Positions 9,262 to 17,501 of a DNA stretch of 56,345 bases are shown here, in pieces. Origin of the DNA: Lishizhenia sp. (lineage in GTDB: Bacteria > Bacteroidota > Bacteroidia > Flavobacteriales_D > Crocinitomicaceae). The stretch's first letter is position 1. Each line of letters starts with the position of its first letter. The DNA is taken from NCBI RefSeq assembly GCF_033720595.1, contig NZ_JAWWCF010000001.1:1-56345 (forward strand), read 5' to 3'. Under the pieces are notes generated by a model that worked only from the letters and a program-made list of their open reading frames with translations, had not been told where the DNA came from and searched no databases. The position numbers were made by a program, and so were the translations under genes.

Positions 9262-9273
9262 CCTCAGTCCACC
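9250..9273 (-). repeat. Variant REP-like palindrome overlapping the GNAT stop codon
   Basis: Reverse complement GGTGGACTGAGGCTACTCGAAGCC; GAG-G-nnn-C-TCGA core versus GAG-C-nnn-G-TCGA in other copies. Confidence 0.5.
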
Positions 9274-9337
9274 TTTCAGTATGAAGTATATGGGGTAAGT
9301 ATGACATTGAGTAATTTCAAACTCTCAAACGACATAC

Positions 9338-9377
9338 TCTCTAAAAATCTAAGTGTCTAACCGTATAAAAGTCTCCA
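9338..9377. repeat. Degenerate period-8 tract (nnTCTAnn x5)
   Basis: tctctaaa aatctaag tgtctaac cgtataaa agtctcca. Confidence 0.55.
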
Positions 9378-9414
9378 AGACTTTCCTATTTTAGAGTTTC
9401 CAAAAAAGAACAAT

Positions 9415-10374
9415 ATGAGTACACCCAAAGGAATACCTTCTGTAGATTTAGCAGATTTCGTAAAAGGAACACCCCAACAGCGTGAGCAGTTTGTGCAAGA
9501 TCTTGGTAACGCTTACGAAACTATAGGTTTTGTAGCGGTGAGAAACCATGGAATTCCACAAGAATTGATAGATGCTTTGTATGCAGAAATGAAAGCCTTT
9601 TTTGCGTTGCCAACGGAGGTAAAAGCAAAGTATGAAATTGAGGGTATTGCTGGCCAACGTGGGTATACTTCTTTTGGAAAAGAACACGCCAAGGGAATGA
9701 AAGCGGGTGACTTGAAAGAGTTCTGGCATTTTGGTCAGTTCGTTGAAGATGGTGACCCGATCAAAGCTGAGTACATAGATAATGTAGCGGTGGAGGAGTT
9801 ACCCAATTTTTTAAAAATAGGTAGAGATGCTTACAAGAGTTTTGAAAACAGTGGTCAAGAATTATTGAAAGCCATTGCCTTATTCTTAGGACTGGAAGAA
9901 AACTACTTTCATGAATTTGTGCACAACGGGAACAGCATCTTGCGTCCCTTACATTACCCACCGATTCAAGGTGAAGTAGAACCAGGAGCGGTAAGAGCGG
10001 GTGCGCATGAGGACATCAATTTAATTACACTTTTGGTAGGAGCTTCTGCCGACGGATTGGAAGTGTTGAACAAAAACAACGAGTGGGTTGCGGTAACTGA
10101 AATTCAAGATCATATCGTAGTGAATGTTGGAGACATGCTACAACGTTTGACCAACAACAGACTAAAATCTACAACTCACCGTGTAGTTAACCCACCTGCA
10201 GCAGAAATGGGCAAGAGCAGGTATTCAGTTCCCTTCTTCTTACACCCAAAACCAACCATGCCCTTAAACTGTTTGGCGTCGTGCATAGATGAAGAACACC
10301 CACAAGTTTATACGGATATTACGGCGGGAGATTATTTGATGGAAAGGTTGAGAGAGATAGGGTTGGTGAAATAG
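9415..10374 (+). CDS. 2-oxoglutarate/Fe(II) oxygenase, isopenicillin N synthase-like fold
   Basis: DIOX_N region (GFVAVRNHGI), HxD (HED), distal His (HRV) and RxS (RYS). Confidence 0.93.
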   Translation: MSTPKGIPSVDLADFVKGTPQQREQFVQDLGNAYETIGFVAVRNHGIPQELIDALYAEMKAFFALPTEVKAKYEIEGIAGQRGYTSFGKEHAKGMKAGDLKEFWHFGQFVEDGDPIKAEYIDNVAVEELPNFLKIGRDAYKSFENSGQELLKAIALFLGLEENYFHEFVHNGNSILRPLHYPPIQGEVEPGAVRAGAHEDINLITLLVGASADGLEVLNKNNEWVAVTEIQDHIVVNVGDMLQRLTNNRLKSTTHRVVNPPAAEMGKSRYSVPFFLHPKPTMPLNCLASCIDEEHPQVYTDITAGDYLMERLREIGLVK

Positions 10375-10410
10375 TTGGGTATTTAATGATTTAAGCATTT
10401 AAAGAAATAA

Positions 10411-10439
10411 AAACAGGGAACCACAGTGGTTCCCTGTTT
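10411..10439. terminator. Intrinsic terminator, likely bidirectional
   Basis: Inverted repeat AAACAGGGAACCAC-A-GTGGTTCCCTGTTT between convergent genes. Confidence 0.8.
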
Positions 10440-10459
10440 GTTTTAAAGCCTGATTATTT

Positions 10460-10484
10460 TAGGTTCTCGAGCGAAGTCGAGAGA
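10460..10484 (+). repeat. REP-like mini-palindrome, copy 5
   Basis: TAGGTTCTCGAGCGAAGTCGAGAGA. Confidence 0.8.
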
Positions 10485-10553
10485 CTAAAAATCTAACTGT
10501 CTAAAAATCCTTTCGTCTAGGCATCTAGAAATCTAGCGCTCTAGAAATCTAAC
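10482..10553. repeat. Degenerate period-8 tandem tract (nnTCTAnn x9)
   Basis: agactaaa aatctaac tgtctaaa aatccttt cgtctagg catctaga aatctagc gctctaga aatctaac. Confidence 0.75.
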
Positions 10554-11267
10554 CTACATTTTCGTTACCGAAGAAGCATCAGAAATATCAATGTGATCCA
10601 CAGTCGGATTTCCTTTGTATTTCAAACTACTTGCATCTTTTGCAGTTACGCGTAAAGTTTGGTTTACTGTTATTTTTGCGTTGCTGGCATCTCTCAAGAA
10701 AACGTCCAAATGTTCTACTTCGAAACTATAATCTTCAAAACTTGAAGCATCTTCGCAAATCAATTCTAGGGTATTACACGTTCCTGCTAAATCGATGTGA
10801 GAAGCATCTCTTACTTTCATAAAGGCATCATCTACGTTCAATTCTCCGTAAAAATGACTCGCGTCTGTAACTATGGCTTCCAAATGATCTGTTTCTAGCC
10901 TGTTTTCAAAAGTTAAACTACTTGCATCATGCGCACTAACGCGAGATAAATAAGGTACAGTGATGTAAGTATTAATAACAGCACCATTTCTAAAACGCGT
11001 GTTGGGTTTTATGTCAATTTCCAATTCTCCAGAAACCATAGAAACGACAATTCTATCGTGTATGTTTTCGTTGGCTTCTATGATTACACCTTCGTTTTCA
11101 CTAGAGAAAGTAACATAGGCGTTGATGTTGTCTCTCAATTTTAATTTTGTGAATCCTGTAATTCCTTTATCTTCTGTGGTTACCGTAGACGATGGGTTGA
11201 TTTTAAATTTCGAGCATGAGCTAACTACCAATCCAACCAATGTTATCAAGAATAAATACCTTTTCAT
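10554..11267 (-). CDS. Head GIN domain (DUF2807) lipoprotein
   Basis: Lipobox VSSC, repeated xDASxxx beta-helix units, Y.GNP end; ATG start 11267 preferred over the TTG extension. Confidence 0.88.
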   Translation of the reverse strand: MKRYLFLITLVGLVVSSCSKFKINPSSTVTTEDKGITGFTKLKLRDNINAYVTFSSENEGVIIEANENIHDRIVVSMVSGELEIDIKPNTRFRNGAVINTYITVPYLSRVSAHDASSLTFENRLETDHLEAIVTDASHFYGELNVDDAFMKVRDASHIDLAGTCNTLELICEDASSFEDYSFEVEHLDVFLRDASNAKITVNQTLRVTAKDASSLKYKGNPTVDHIDISDASSVTKM

Positions 11268-11283
11268 AATTTCTATTTTTAAG

Positions 11284-11314
11284 GTAGACAAGGCAAAAAG
11301 TGTTTACCCCTATG
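11284..11314 (-). promoter_or_regulatory. Putative ECF-sigma promoter (CATAGGGGTA-N14-TGTCTAC) upstream of the GIN gene
   Basis: Same bipartite motif and spacing as upstream of the ECF sigma gene (15726-15756). Confidence 0.7.
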
Positions 11315-11342
11315 TCTCTTTAAATTTTTTTCATTTTTTTCT

Positions 11343-11488
11343 CAAACAGTGACAGCAATGGCAGCGCCTTGAAGTTTGGCCTTAGTAAGCGCAAGGAAAA
11401 GGGTACGACCACCGGAAGTAACCTTGCCCTTATGCGCGACTTAGGAAAAACTGAAGGGACTATAATGGATGGCACGGCCGTTTGCCAA
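11343..11488 (+). repeat. Structured ~145-nt dispersed element, copy B
   Basis: GTGACAGCAATGGCAG...GACCACCGGAA...CTATAATGGATGGCAC; closest to copy E. Confidence 0.85.
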
Positions 11489-11580
11489 GAACAGGTTGGA
11501 GTGTGAGTAAGGAGTTTTGAGAAACTTCCAATTTTAAAATTTTCAACTACCGGTATGTGCATCTTTATGAATTAAAGCTT

Positions 11581-11646
11581 GCCCCCTATTCCGGCTATAC
11601 GCAAAGTCCCCAATTTTATTTTGGGGCTGACGCTGCTATCAGGGGT
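11581..11646 (-). repeat. Short variant of the structured element, copy C (base motif plus small hairpin)
   Basis: Minus strand CTGATAGCAGCGTCAGCCCCAA-AATAAAA-TTGGGGACTTTGCGTATAGCCGG; long arm and apical GAC..GAA loop absent. Confidence 0.65.
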
Positions 11647-11719
11647 GGGTTAGAAAAACTGCAAAGTTACCTAGGTGCTGAAATTAACTAATGTATTCTT
11701 TTTTAGTGTGTTGAGAAAA

Positions 11720-11756
11720 TAAAAGTTTACAAATAAAGAAACTTTTAATATCTTTG
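11720..11756 (+). promoter_or_regulatory. TA operon promoter: palindromic operator TAAAAGTTT-N10-AAACTTTTA next to -7 element TATCTTTG
   Basis: 9-bp inverted repeat at 11720-11747 and -7 consensus at 11749-11756, directly upstream of the toxin gene. Confidence 0.65.
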
Positions 11757-11775
11757 TCCTATCAACTATAACCAC

Positions 11776-12117
11776 ATGCTAAAACGATTTGAAACCAAGA
11801 TATTGGAAGAAGCTTTTGATTTTGTTCAGCAACAAGATATGAAAGTTAGGAAGAAGATATTACAGAATATAAGACGGGCAGAAATTTTTACGGATCCTAA
11901 ATTCTTTAAAAAACTGAATCATGAAATTTGGGAATTTAGAATCAAATATAATGGGAATCAATATAGATTGCTGGCATTTTGGGATAAGGAAAACAAAAAA
12001 GAAACATTGGTATTCGCAACACATGGCTTTGTAAAGAAAACGAGTAAGGTTGACCCAAAAGAAATAGACAAAGCTGAAAAGATTAGGTTGAAGTATCTAA
12101 AAAATAAAAAACAATGA
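11776..12117 (+). CDS. RelE/ParE-family toxin (HigB-like, Gp49/DUF891 type)
   Basis: IWEFR...YRL...THGFVKKT.K...EI.KA signature; toxin-first arrangement. Confidence 0.88.
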   Translation: MLKRFETKILEEAFDFVQQQDMKVRKKILQNIRRAEIFTDPKFFKKLNHEIWEFRIKYNGNQYRLLAFWDKENKKETLVFATHGFVKKTSKVDPKEIDKAEKIRLKYLKNKKQ

Positions 12118-12401
12118 AAAGTTATTCATTAGATAAGACGGAAGATCTTTTAATTGGTAAGAAGGGAAACCAAGAAAGAGAAGAGTATGAATTTGAGTTA
12201 AAACTAGAACTCATTGGGGATATGATTAAGACTGCACGTAATAAACGACAGTTAACTCAGGAACAACTGGGAGAATTAGTGGGGGTTAAAAAGGCGCAGA
12301 TTTCACGGTTGGAAAATAGTACGGGTAATGTGACGCTAGAAACCCTTATGCGAATCTTCAATGCATTAGGTGCGAAGTTGAATATGACATTGAAAATGTA
12401 A
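12114..12401 (+). CDS. XRE-family HTH antitoxin (HigA-like)
   Basis: LTQEQLGELVGVKKAQISRLEN HTH; ATGA overlap with the toxin stop. Confidence 0.9.
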   Translation: MKSYSLDKTEDLLIGKKGNQEREEYEFELKLELIGDMIKTARNKRQLTQEQLGELVGVKKAQISRLENSTGNVTLETLMRIFNALGAKLNMTLKM

Positions 12402-12432
12402 TAGTCCCCAAATAACATGGGGACTATCTTTT
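12401..12432. terminator. Intrinsic terminator between convergent genes
   Basis: ATAGTCCCCA-AATAACA-TGGGGACTAT followed by CTTTTT. Confidence 0.75.
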
Positions 12433-12437
12433 TAAAA

Positions 12438-14159
12438 TTAGAAAAATCTCAAGGCCACATGGGCACCTATCCAGGCATTTGATTTTACGTAAGAATCATG
12501 GGTGTAACTGTAGCCTTCCCAGGGCATTAAATTATCCAAAAATTGGCCGGTAGGTGAGCTGTAATCAGATATGGTATGTACGTTCAAACTCGGTCCAAAA
12601 GCCAAGGCCACTTTCTTAAACATTTGCCAATGGAAACTCATGTTTATTTTACCCAGAACATTAGGATTTAAATAGTATTCCGTTTGCAGTGTACTGGCTT
12701 CTAAATCGAAGAACAAACGCAATCGTTTACTTAAACCTACAGAGGATCCTATACCATATCCAAAAGTATACACTGGTTCACTTCTTTGAAAACTCGCACC
12801 TGCTCTAAAGGTGTTGTAAAAACTGTGCGATCCAGAACGCAAAGCAATATTGGCCTCTGTTATTTCATTGGCCGATAACTCTAAGTTATGGTAACCGTGT
12901 TTCGAATAAGAAAAGAAACCTATTGTTGGTCCAGAAATACTATCACTAATATTAATAAACCCAATTTGCGCACCTTTTACATGTGTGGCGATATTCAAAA
13001 ACCCTGCTGCTTGTAAACCGCGAACTTCTCCGCGAGCAATGTTCATGAATCCGGCTAACTGTGCTCCTTTTACATTGTTGTTGGCGTAGTTCATAAAACC
13101 AGCACCTTGTACTCCTTTTACTTCGCCTAAGGCAATGTTAGAAAATCCAGAAAACTGTCCGCCGGTAAAACTTCCTTTGGTATAATTTACCAAACCTGTA
13201 AATTGACCACCATTAAAATTGGCCCCATTTAAGTTAGTTATGCCCGACATTTGCAATCCGCGCTGGTTTCCACCCACAGCGTTAAATAGTCCGGCTGCTT
13301 GGAAATAACGAACGCTATCCACATTTAAATTGAATAGACTGGCGACTTCCATTTTATTTACTCCTCCGGTAATTCCTCCCAAAAGATTGAAAGAAAAATC
13401 ATAGGAACTGGCACTGCTCAATCTTCCGGCAGTACCTACTCCTGGTACTATAGAGAATTGACTTTTTCCTTCTAGTTTATTGGAGAAATTAGAGATGTTG
13501 GCTTTGTTTTCATCGGATAACTTAAACCATTTGAAAGCTCTGACCTTATCTAAAAGCTGACTTCCTGTAGTGGTATCGGCAATTGTGTTTTCTGGTTCAA
13601 GGGCAACATTGAGTACAGCATAACCTTCCATAGGCCATAATATCAAGGTGTCTTTGTATCCTTGCTTCTTCACATTGATGTAGACTTTTTCTGAACTTGA
13701 AACCTGTAAATCGTAGTATCCATATTGGTCAGAAACAGCAGAACTCAAGGTTAATGTATCGTATAAGGTAACATAAGGAATTTTCGTTTGTGTTTGCGCA
13801 TCAACTACATATCCTTGTAGGTGTACCTCTCCGGGTTTTGGAACGGTAGTTTTGCGCAAGAGGATGTAATTTCCTTTCACTTTGTACGTAATCTTTCCTT
13901 GGAAAATATCGTCCAAAACTTCACGCGTAGTTTGGTTTTGATAACTACGTGATAAGCGCTGATTTTCATCAATTGCATCCGTTCTATAGGCGAAGGTATA
14001 ATTACCAATTTTTTCCATTTCATCTAACACTACTTTCAGTGTGGTAGACTGAAGTTGCAAGCTCACTTTTCGTTCTAATGGGGGAAGGGGAGTAGTTTGG
14101 CCAAAGGCCATTGCTACCTGTAAAAAACAACCCAATATTATTAATCTAAATACATTCAT
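12438..14159 (-). CDS. Outer-membrane protein: STN-like domain + carboxypeptidase-regulatory-like domain + G-x-Q-x-x-G-x-x-N beta-helix repeats + small C-terminal barrel
   Basis: LERKVSL...VLDEM...FAY STN-like start, GYVVDAQT..KIPYVT motif, about 8 GxQxAGxxN repeats, aromatic C-terminus (LRFF); start probably ATG 14159. Confidence 0.8.
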   Translation of the reverse strand: MNVFRLIILGCFLQVAMAFGQTTPLPPLERKVSLQLQSTTLKVVLDEMEKIGNYTFAYRTDAIDENQRLSRSYQNQTTREVLDDIFQGKITYKVKGNYILLRKTTVPKPGEVHLQGYVVDAQTQTKIPYVTLYDTLTLSSAVSDQYGYYDLQVSSSEKVYINVKKQGYKDTLILWPMEGYAVLNVALEPENTIADTTTGSQLLDKVRAFKWFKLSDENKANISNFSNKLEGKSQFSIVPGVGTAGRLSSASSYDFSFNLLGGITGGVNKMEVASLFNLNVDSVRYFQAAGLFNAVGGNQRGLQMSGITNLNGANFNGGQFTGLVNYTKGSFTGGQFSGFSNIALGEVKGVQGAGFMNYANNNVKGAQLAGFMNIARGEVRGLQAAGFLNIATHVKGAQIGFINISDSISGPTIGFFSYSKHGYHNLELSANEITEANIALRSGSHSFYNTFRAGASFQRSEPVYTFGYGIGSSVGLSKRLRLFFDLEASTLQTEYYLNPNVLGKINMSFHWQMFKKVALAFGPSLNVHTISDYSSPTGQFLDNLMPWEGYSYTHDSYVKSNAWIGAHVALRFF

Positions 14160-15153
14160 CTCCGTAAATTTCATATTGGTTATTGTTATACTTCACTTCT
14201 AAATCCATCAACTCTTTAATGATGTTTAAAATCGTAGCCAAAGATTCATTTTTAAAGGTCACACTCAATTCACAATCTGCAATAGCTTCATTTTTAATGA
14301 TGATCTCTTTTTGGTAAAATGCAGATAGAATTTCTGTAACTTCTTTCAGTTTAGTGCCGTCAAATTCAAAAACTTTATCTTTTCTCGACTCTGTTTTTTC
14401 GTACTTCTTAACAAGCGCTTCTTTGGCAACGTAGAAAGCACTATCTCCCTCAATTAGGCGTATATCTTCATCACCCAATTTCAATTCAACGATTCCTTCG
14501 GTGACTACAACTTTCACGGTATCTCCTTTGTCATGAATGTTGAAGACTGTACCTACATCCACCACTTTGAGTTCTTTTACGTGAACAGTAAACGGCAAGT
14601 CGTCTTTATGTTCTACCGCAAATTCTGCACTTCCTTCCAAGGTTAAACTTCTATTGCTTTTGTCAAAACCTTCGTTGAGCATAATCTTACTGTGCGGTTC
14701 TAATTTTACTTTAGAATTATCCTTCAAGGCAAAAGAGGTTGCTTCTGTGCTAGCCGTGTAACTTTCTAAACTAAAGGTGTTTTGAATACTGTCATTGATC
14801 ACGGGTTGTTCAGTGATTTCAACAGGCTCTACCTCATTGTTCCACGTAAAGACCGTAAATACCAAGGCAATACTTGCGGCCACTGCCAAAGCACTGTAAA
14901 GTAGGCGCAGGTTGTTTTTTCCTTTGTTCTGAATTTGTCCTTCTACTTTTTTCCAAGCCTCTTTTGTATTCACTGCTTTAAACACCTCTTGTTGATGTGA
15001 AAGCGCAAAAGCTTTTTCGTATTCTAAAAAGAGTTCTTTGTTCGCTGTTGATGCTTCCATCCATTTGCTGATTTCTTCAGCTTGGTGGGGAAGGGCTTCA
15101 CCTTTGAGGTAAAGCTGTATTAAATCTTCCATGTATGTGTTTTCTTCTACCAT
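14146..15153 (-). CDS. FecR-family anti-sigma factor
   Basis: N-terminal W-containing helix, single TM segment, L.DNSKV.L..HS...R.L.L.G.A.F.V FecR domain, VGT.FN. Confidence 0.92.
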   Translation of the reverse strand: MVEENTYMEDLIQLYLKGEALPHQAEEISKWMEASTANKELFLEYEKAFALSHQQEVFKAVNTKEAWKKVEGQIQNKGKNNLRLLYSALAVAASIALVFTVFTWNNEVEPVEITEQPVINDSIQNTFSLESYTASTEATSFALKDNSKVKLEPHSKIMLNEGFDKSNRSLTLEGSAEFAVEHKDDLPFTVHVKELKVVDVGTVFNIHDKGDTVKVVVTEGIVELKLGDEDIRLIEGDSAFYVAKEALVKKYEKTESRKDKVFEFDGTKLKEVTEILSAFYQKEIIIKNEAIADCELSVTFKNESLATILNIIKELMDLEVKYNNNQYEIYGDECI

Positions 15154-15704
15154 CCTCTTAAGATTAAAATGTGAATGATAAAAGCCGGTAGATATTCGTG
15201 CAAGGCTGAACGCATCAGCTTTAGGGCTTTGCCCATTTGATTTTCTACCGTCTTTGTTGAAATGTTGAGTTGATCAGCAATCTCTTTATAGGAGAGTTGT
15301 TCCTGTCTGGAAAGCTGAAAAACTTCTCTACACTTGGGGGGTAATGTTTGCATAGCTAATTCTATGGTTTGTTCTAATTCCTTACTTTCTATACCACTGT
15401 CTGTTCGTTCAGAGCCCGACAAGCTATAGTCTTCTTCTACTTCGCGATGAGAATTTTTGCGCTTTGCTGAGTTTAAATGATTGAGACTGGCATTGTGTAC
15501 AGCGCTGTACAGGTAAGATTTGGTTTGACCTTTAATTTCCAGTTCTTTTCTTTTTTCCCAAAGCTTTATAAATAGCTTTTGTACAATATCCTCAGCCACT
15601 TCCTGACGCTTTACCATCGTATAGGCATAGCGCGCTAAGGATTCGTAGTATTGGTTAAACCAAGACTCCAAAGTTTGGGAAGTAATCGCTTCAACTAGCT
15701 CCAT
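15147..15704 (-). CDS. ECF RNA polymerase sigma-70 factor (Bacteroidota expansion type)
   Basis: AEDIVQ.LF..LW region 2; LPPKCREVF.LSR..LSYKEIA..L.IS.KTVENQM region 4. Confidence 0.95.
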   Translation of the reverse strand: MELVEAITSQTLESWFNQYYESLARYAYTMVKRQEVAEDIVQKLFIKLWEKRKELEIKGQTKSYLYSAVHNASLNHLNSAKRKNSHREVEEDYSLSGSERTDSGIESKELEQTIELAMQTLPPKCREVFQLSRQEQLSYKEIADQLNISTKTVENQMGKALKLMRSALHEYLPAFIIHILILRGW

Positions 15705-15725
15705 TCTTTCTTATCGCTTTGTGTA

Positions 15726-15756
15726 GTAGACAGTAGAAATAGAACATACCCCTATG
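15726..15756 (-). promoter_or_regulatory. Putative autoregulatory ECF promoter (CATAGGGGTA-N14-TGTCTAC)
   Basis: Same motif and spacing as 11284-11314; both have an upstream A/T tract. Confidence 0.7.
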
Positions 15757-15784
15757 CTCCTTTCAACTTTTTTAAAATTAAAGC

Positions 15785-15815
15785 AAAAAAAAGAGGAAAA
15801 CAGTGTTTCCTCTTT
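15785..15815 (-). terminator. Intrinsic terminator after the OmpA/MotB-like gene
   Basis: AAAGAGGAAA...TTTCCTCTTT stem with a plus-strand A-run (U-run on minus). Confidence 0.75.
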
Positions 15816-15837
15816 AATCTTTTATGTTGAGAAGTGC

Positions 15838-16806
15838 TTATTGTTCGTTTCCAATAATCTCAAACAACGCGTTTAAGTTTGGAGAAATAATAACTTCGAT
15901 TCTTCGGTTTTTAGCTTTATCTGTTTCGCTTACTGGGTGGAATTGAGATCTACCTGAAGCACTTAAGATAGCTGGGTTGATGTCAGAATTTGCCAACATA
16001 ATTTCTACAACTGCTGTTGCTCTTAAAACAGACAATTCCCAGTTGTTTTTTGGGTGCTTCGCACTGTTTAACGCGTCAGCATCAGTATGACCTTCAACGA
16101 TAATTTCTAAATCGTCATCACCTTGAATTGCTCGCGCTAATTCGATGATTGCTTTTTGTCCTTCTGCTTCAACGTTCGTAGAACCAGAGGCAAATAATAA
16201 TTTTGCTTCTAAGCTTACGTAGATTTTACCATCTTTTTGTTCTACGGTTAAACCTTTATCGTTGAATCCGTGTAAAGCTTCAGCAACTTTGTTTTTCAAA
16301 GCAGAAACTGCAGCATCTTGTCGTGCAATAATCTCTTCTAATTCTTTTACACGTTGCTCTCTATCTACCAATAACTTTTGCTTTCTACCCAGCTCATCTT
16401 CTAATTTTAAAAGAGCATCTTCCTTGCGTTGCGCTTCTAAAATGCTCGCTTCTAAATTGGCCTGTAGTTTTGCAGTTTCTATAGCATCTCTCGATCTAGA
16501 GAGTGTAAATTCTTTTTCTAAAGTCGTATTTAACTCCACCATTTTATCGTACTGTGTTTGTAGTACGCGGTAGTCAACACCCATTTCTAAGGTGTCTTTT
16601 TTCAATTGCGATACTTCGGCACGTAAAACGTCTCTTTCTTCTGTAAGATTTTTGGCTTTCGCTTCGTTATCTATGGCCATGGTCTTGTACTTCTCAAGCT
16701 CTTGGCTACACGCTTGTTCCTTACTTAATAAATCCTGGTATTTCTGAGGAGTTACACAAGAGGCAACAATTAATCCTATACCTAATATGCTAACAATAGA
16801 CTTCAT
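15838..16806 (-). CDS. OmpA/MotB-family peptidoglycan-binding lipoprotein with long coiled coil
   Basis: Lipobox VASC, heptad region, LLFASGS, VEGHTD, NWELSVLRA, KNRRIE. Confidence 0.9.
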   Translation of the reverse strand: MKSIVSILGIGLIVASCVTPQKYQDLLSKEQACSQELEKYKTMAIDNEAKAKNLTEERDVLRAEVSQLKKDTLEMGVDYRVLQTQYDKMVELNTTLEKEFTLSRSRDAIETAKLQANLEASILEAQRKEDALLKLEDELGRKQKLLVDREQRVKELEEIIARQDAAVSALKNKVAEALHGFNDKGLTVEQKDGKIYVSLEAKLLFASGSTNVEAEGQKAIIELARAIQGDDDLEIIVEGHTDADALNSAKHPKNNWELSVLRATAVVEIMLANSDINPAILSASGRSQFHPVSETDKAKNRRIEVIISPNLNALFEIIGNEQ

Positions 16807-16825
16807 AACTAATTATTTTAAACAA

Positions 16826-16856
16826 AGATGCGAAGGATTATTCGTCCTTCGCATCT
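16826..16856. terminator. Perfect 12-bp inverted repeat, probable terminator or stabiliser hairpin
   Basis: AGATGCGAAGGA-TTATTCG-TCCTTCGCATCT between two minus-strand genes. Confidence 0.55.
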
Positions 16857-16896
16857 AAAAAATTAATGTTATAAACAGTTGAATATGAATAGGAGC

Positions 16897-17490
16897 TTAG
16901 GGTTGCTCTATTTCTAATTCACTTAGAATCTTCTTTTTCTTTTCTAATTCCGCTTTAAGTTTATCCAACTTATCTTGCGCTGCTGTAATTTTTTCTTTTT
17001 TCTGGTCGTGCTCTTCCTGAGAAATTTCTTTGTTTTCTAAGGCAACACGAATTTTTTCGAGTGCCTCACGTACACGTTCTTCTCCGGTGGCAACAGTAAC
17101 TTCACTTTCTTCAATTTCTTTTTCAAGTTCAGTTTTTGCTTTTTTAGCGTCTTCAGCCCTCTTTTGACCGAATTCTCTTCCGCTTAAATCGCCTTTGTTC
17201 TTACCGTAAGCATTTCCCTTTCCTGGGTGCTCTTTGTCTTTCCCTTTGGCCTTATCAGCAGCATTCCCTTGTCCTTTATCCTTGTCCTTGTCCTTGTCCT
17301 TGTCTTTGTCTTTGTCTGCGTCGTCGTCATCATCGTCGTCCGCTTCTTTTTCTTTCTTCTCTTTTCCTTTCTGTTCTGTTTTTTCAGCCTTTTTCTCTTT
17401 GCCCTTTCCTTGCGGACCTTGAGCAAAACTTATCTGATTCATACCCATCAATAGAAAGAGGGCAAACAATACTTTTATTAACTTTTTCAT
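16897..17490 (-). CDS. Secreted low-complexity charged protein
   Basis: Signal peptide (ISFA/Q), D7 and (DK)7 tracts, GNAYGK motif, C-terminal coiled coil. Confidence 0.8.
   Translation of the reverse strand: MKKLIKVLFALFLLMGMNQISFAQGPQGKGKEKKAEKTEQKGKEKKEKEADDDDDDDADKDKDKDKDKDKDKGQGNAADKAKGKDKEHPGKGNAYGKNKGDLSGREFGQKRAEDAKKAKTELEKEIEESEVTVATGEERVREALEKIRVALENKEISQEEHDQKKEKITAAQDKLDKLKAELEKKKKILSELEIEQP
17275..17316 (-). repeat. In-frame hexanucleotide tandem repeat (GAYAAR)x7 encoding (DK)7
   Basis: Plus strand tttatc, cttgtc x4, tttgtc x2. Confidence 0.85.
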
Positions 17491-17501
17491 CGTTTAAATT
17501 T

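Noticed and set aside
9415-10374. Beta-lactam or flavonoid biosynthesis gene
   Set aside because: The IPNS-like fold is widespread in Flavobacteriales and no biosynthetic cluster surrounds it.
11320-11562. ORFs 11320-11562(-) and 37692-37880/37775-37969(+) share peptides (WQTAVPSI, ALPLLSLF) and look like a small protein family
   Set aside because: The similarity comes from reading through structured repeat copies B and E; the frames differ between copies and the substitutions preserve base pairing, not codons.
15838-16806. Flagellar motor protein MotB
   Set aside because: It has a lipoprotein signal instead of the MotB TM helix with the conserved Asp, and no motA is present; only the peptidoglycan-binding domain is shared.
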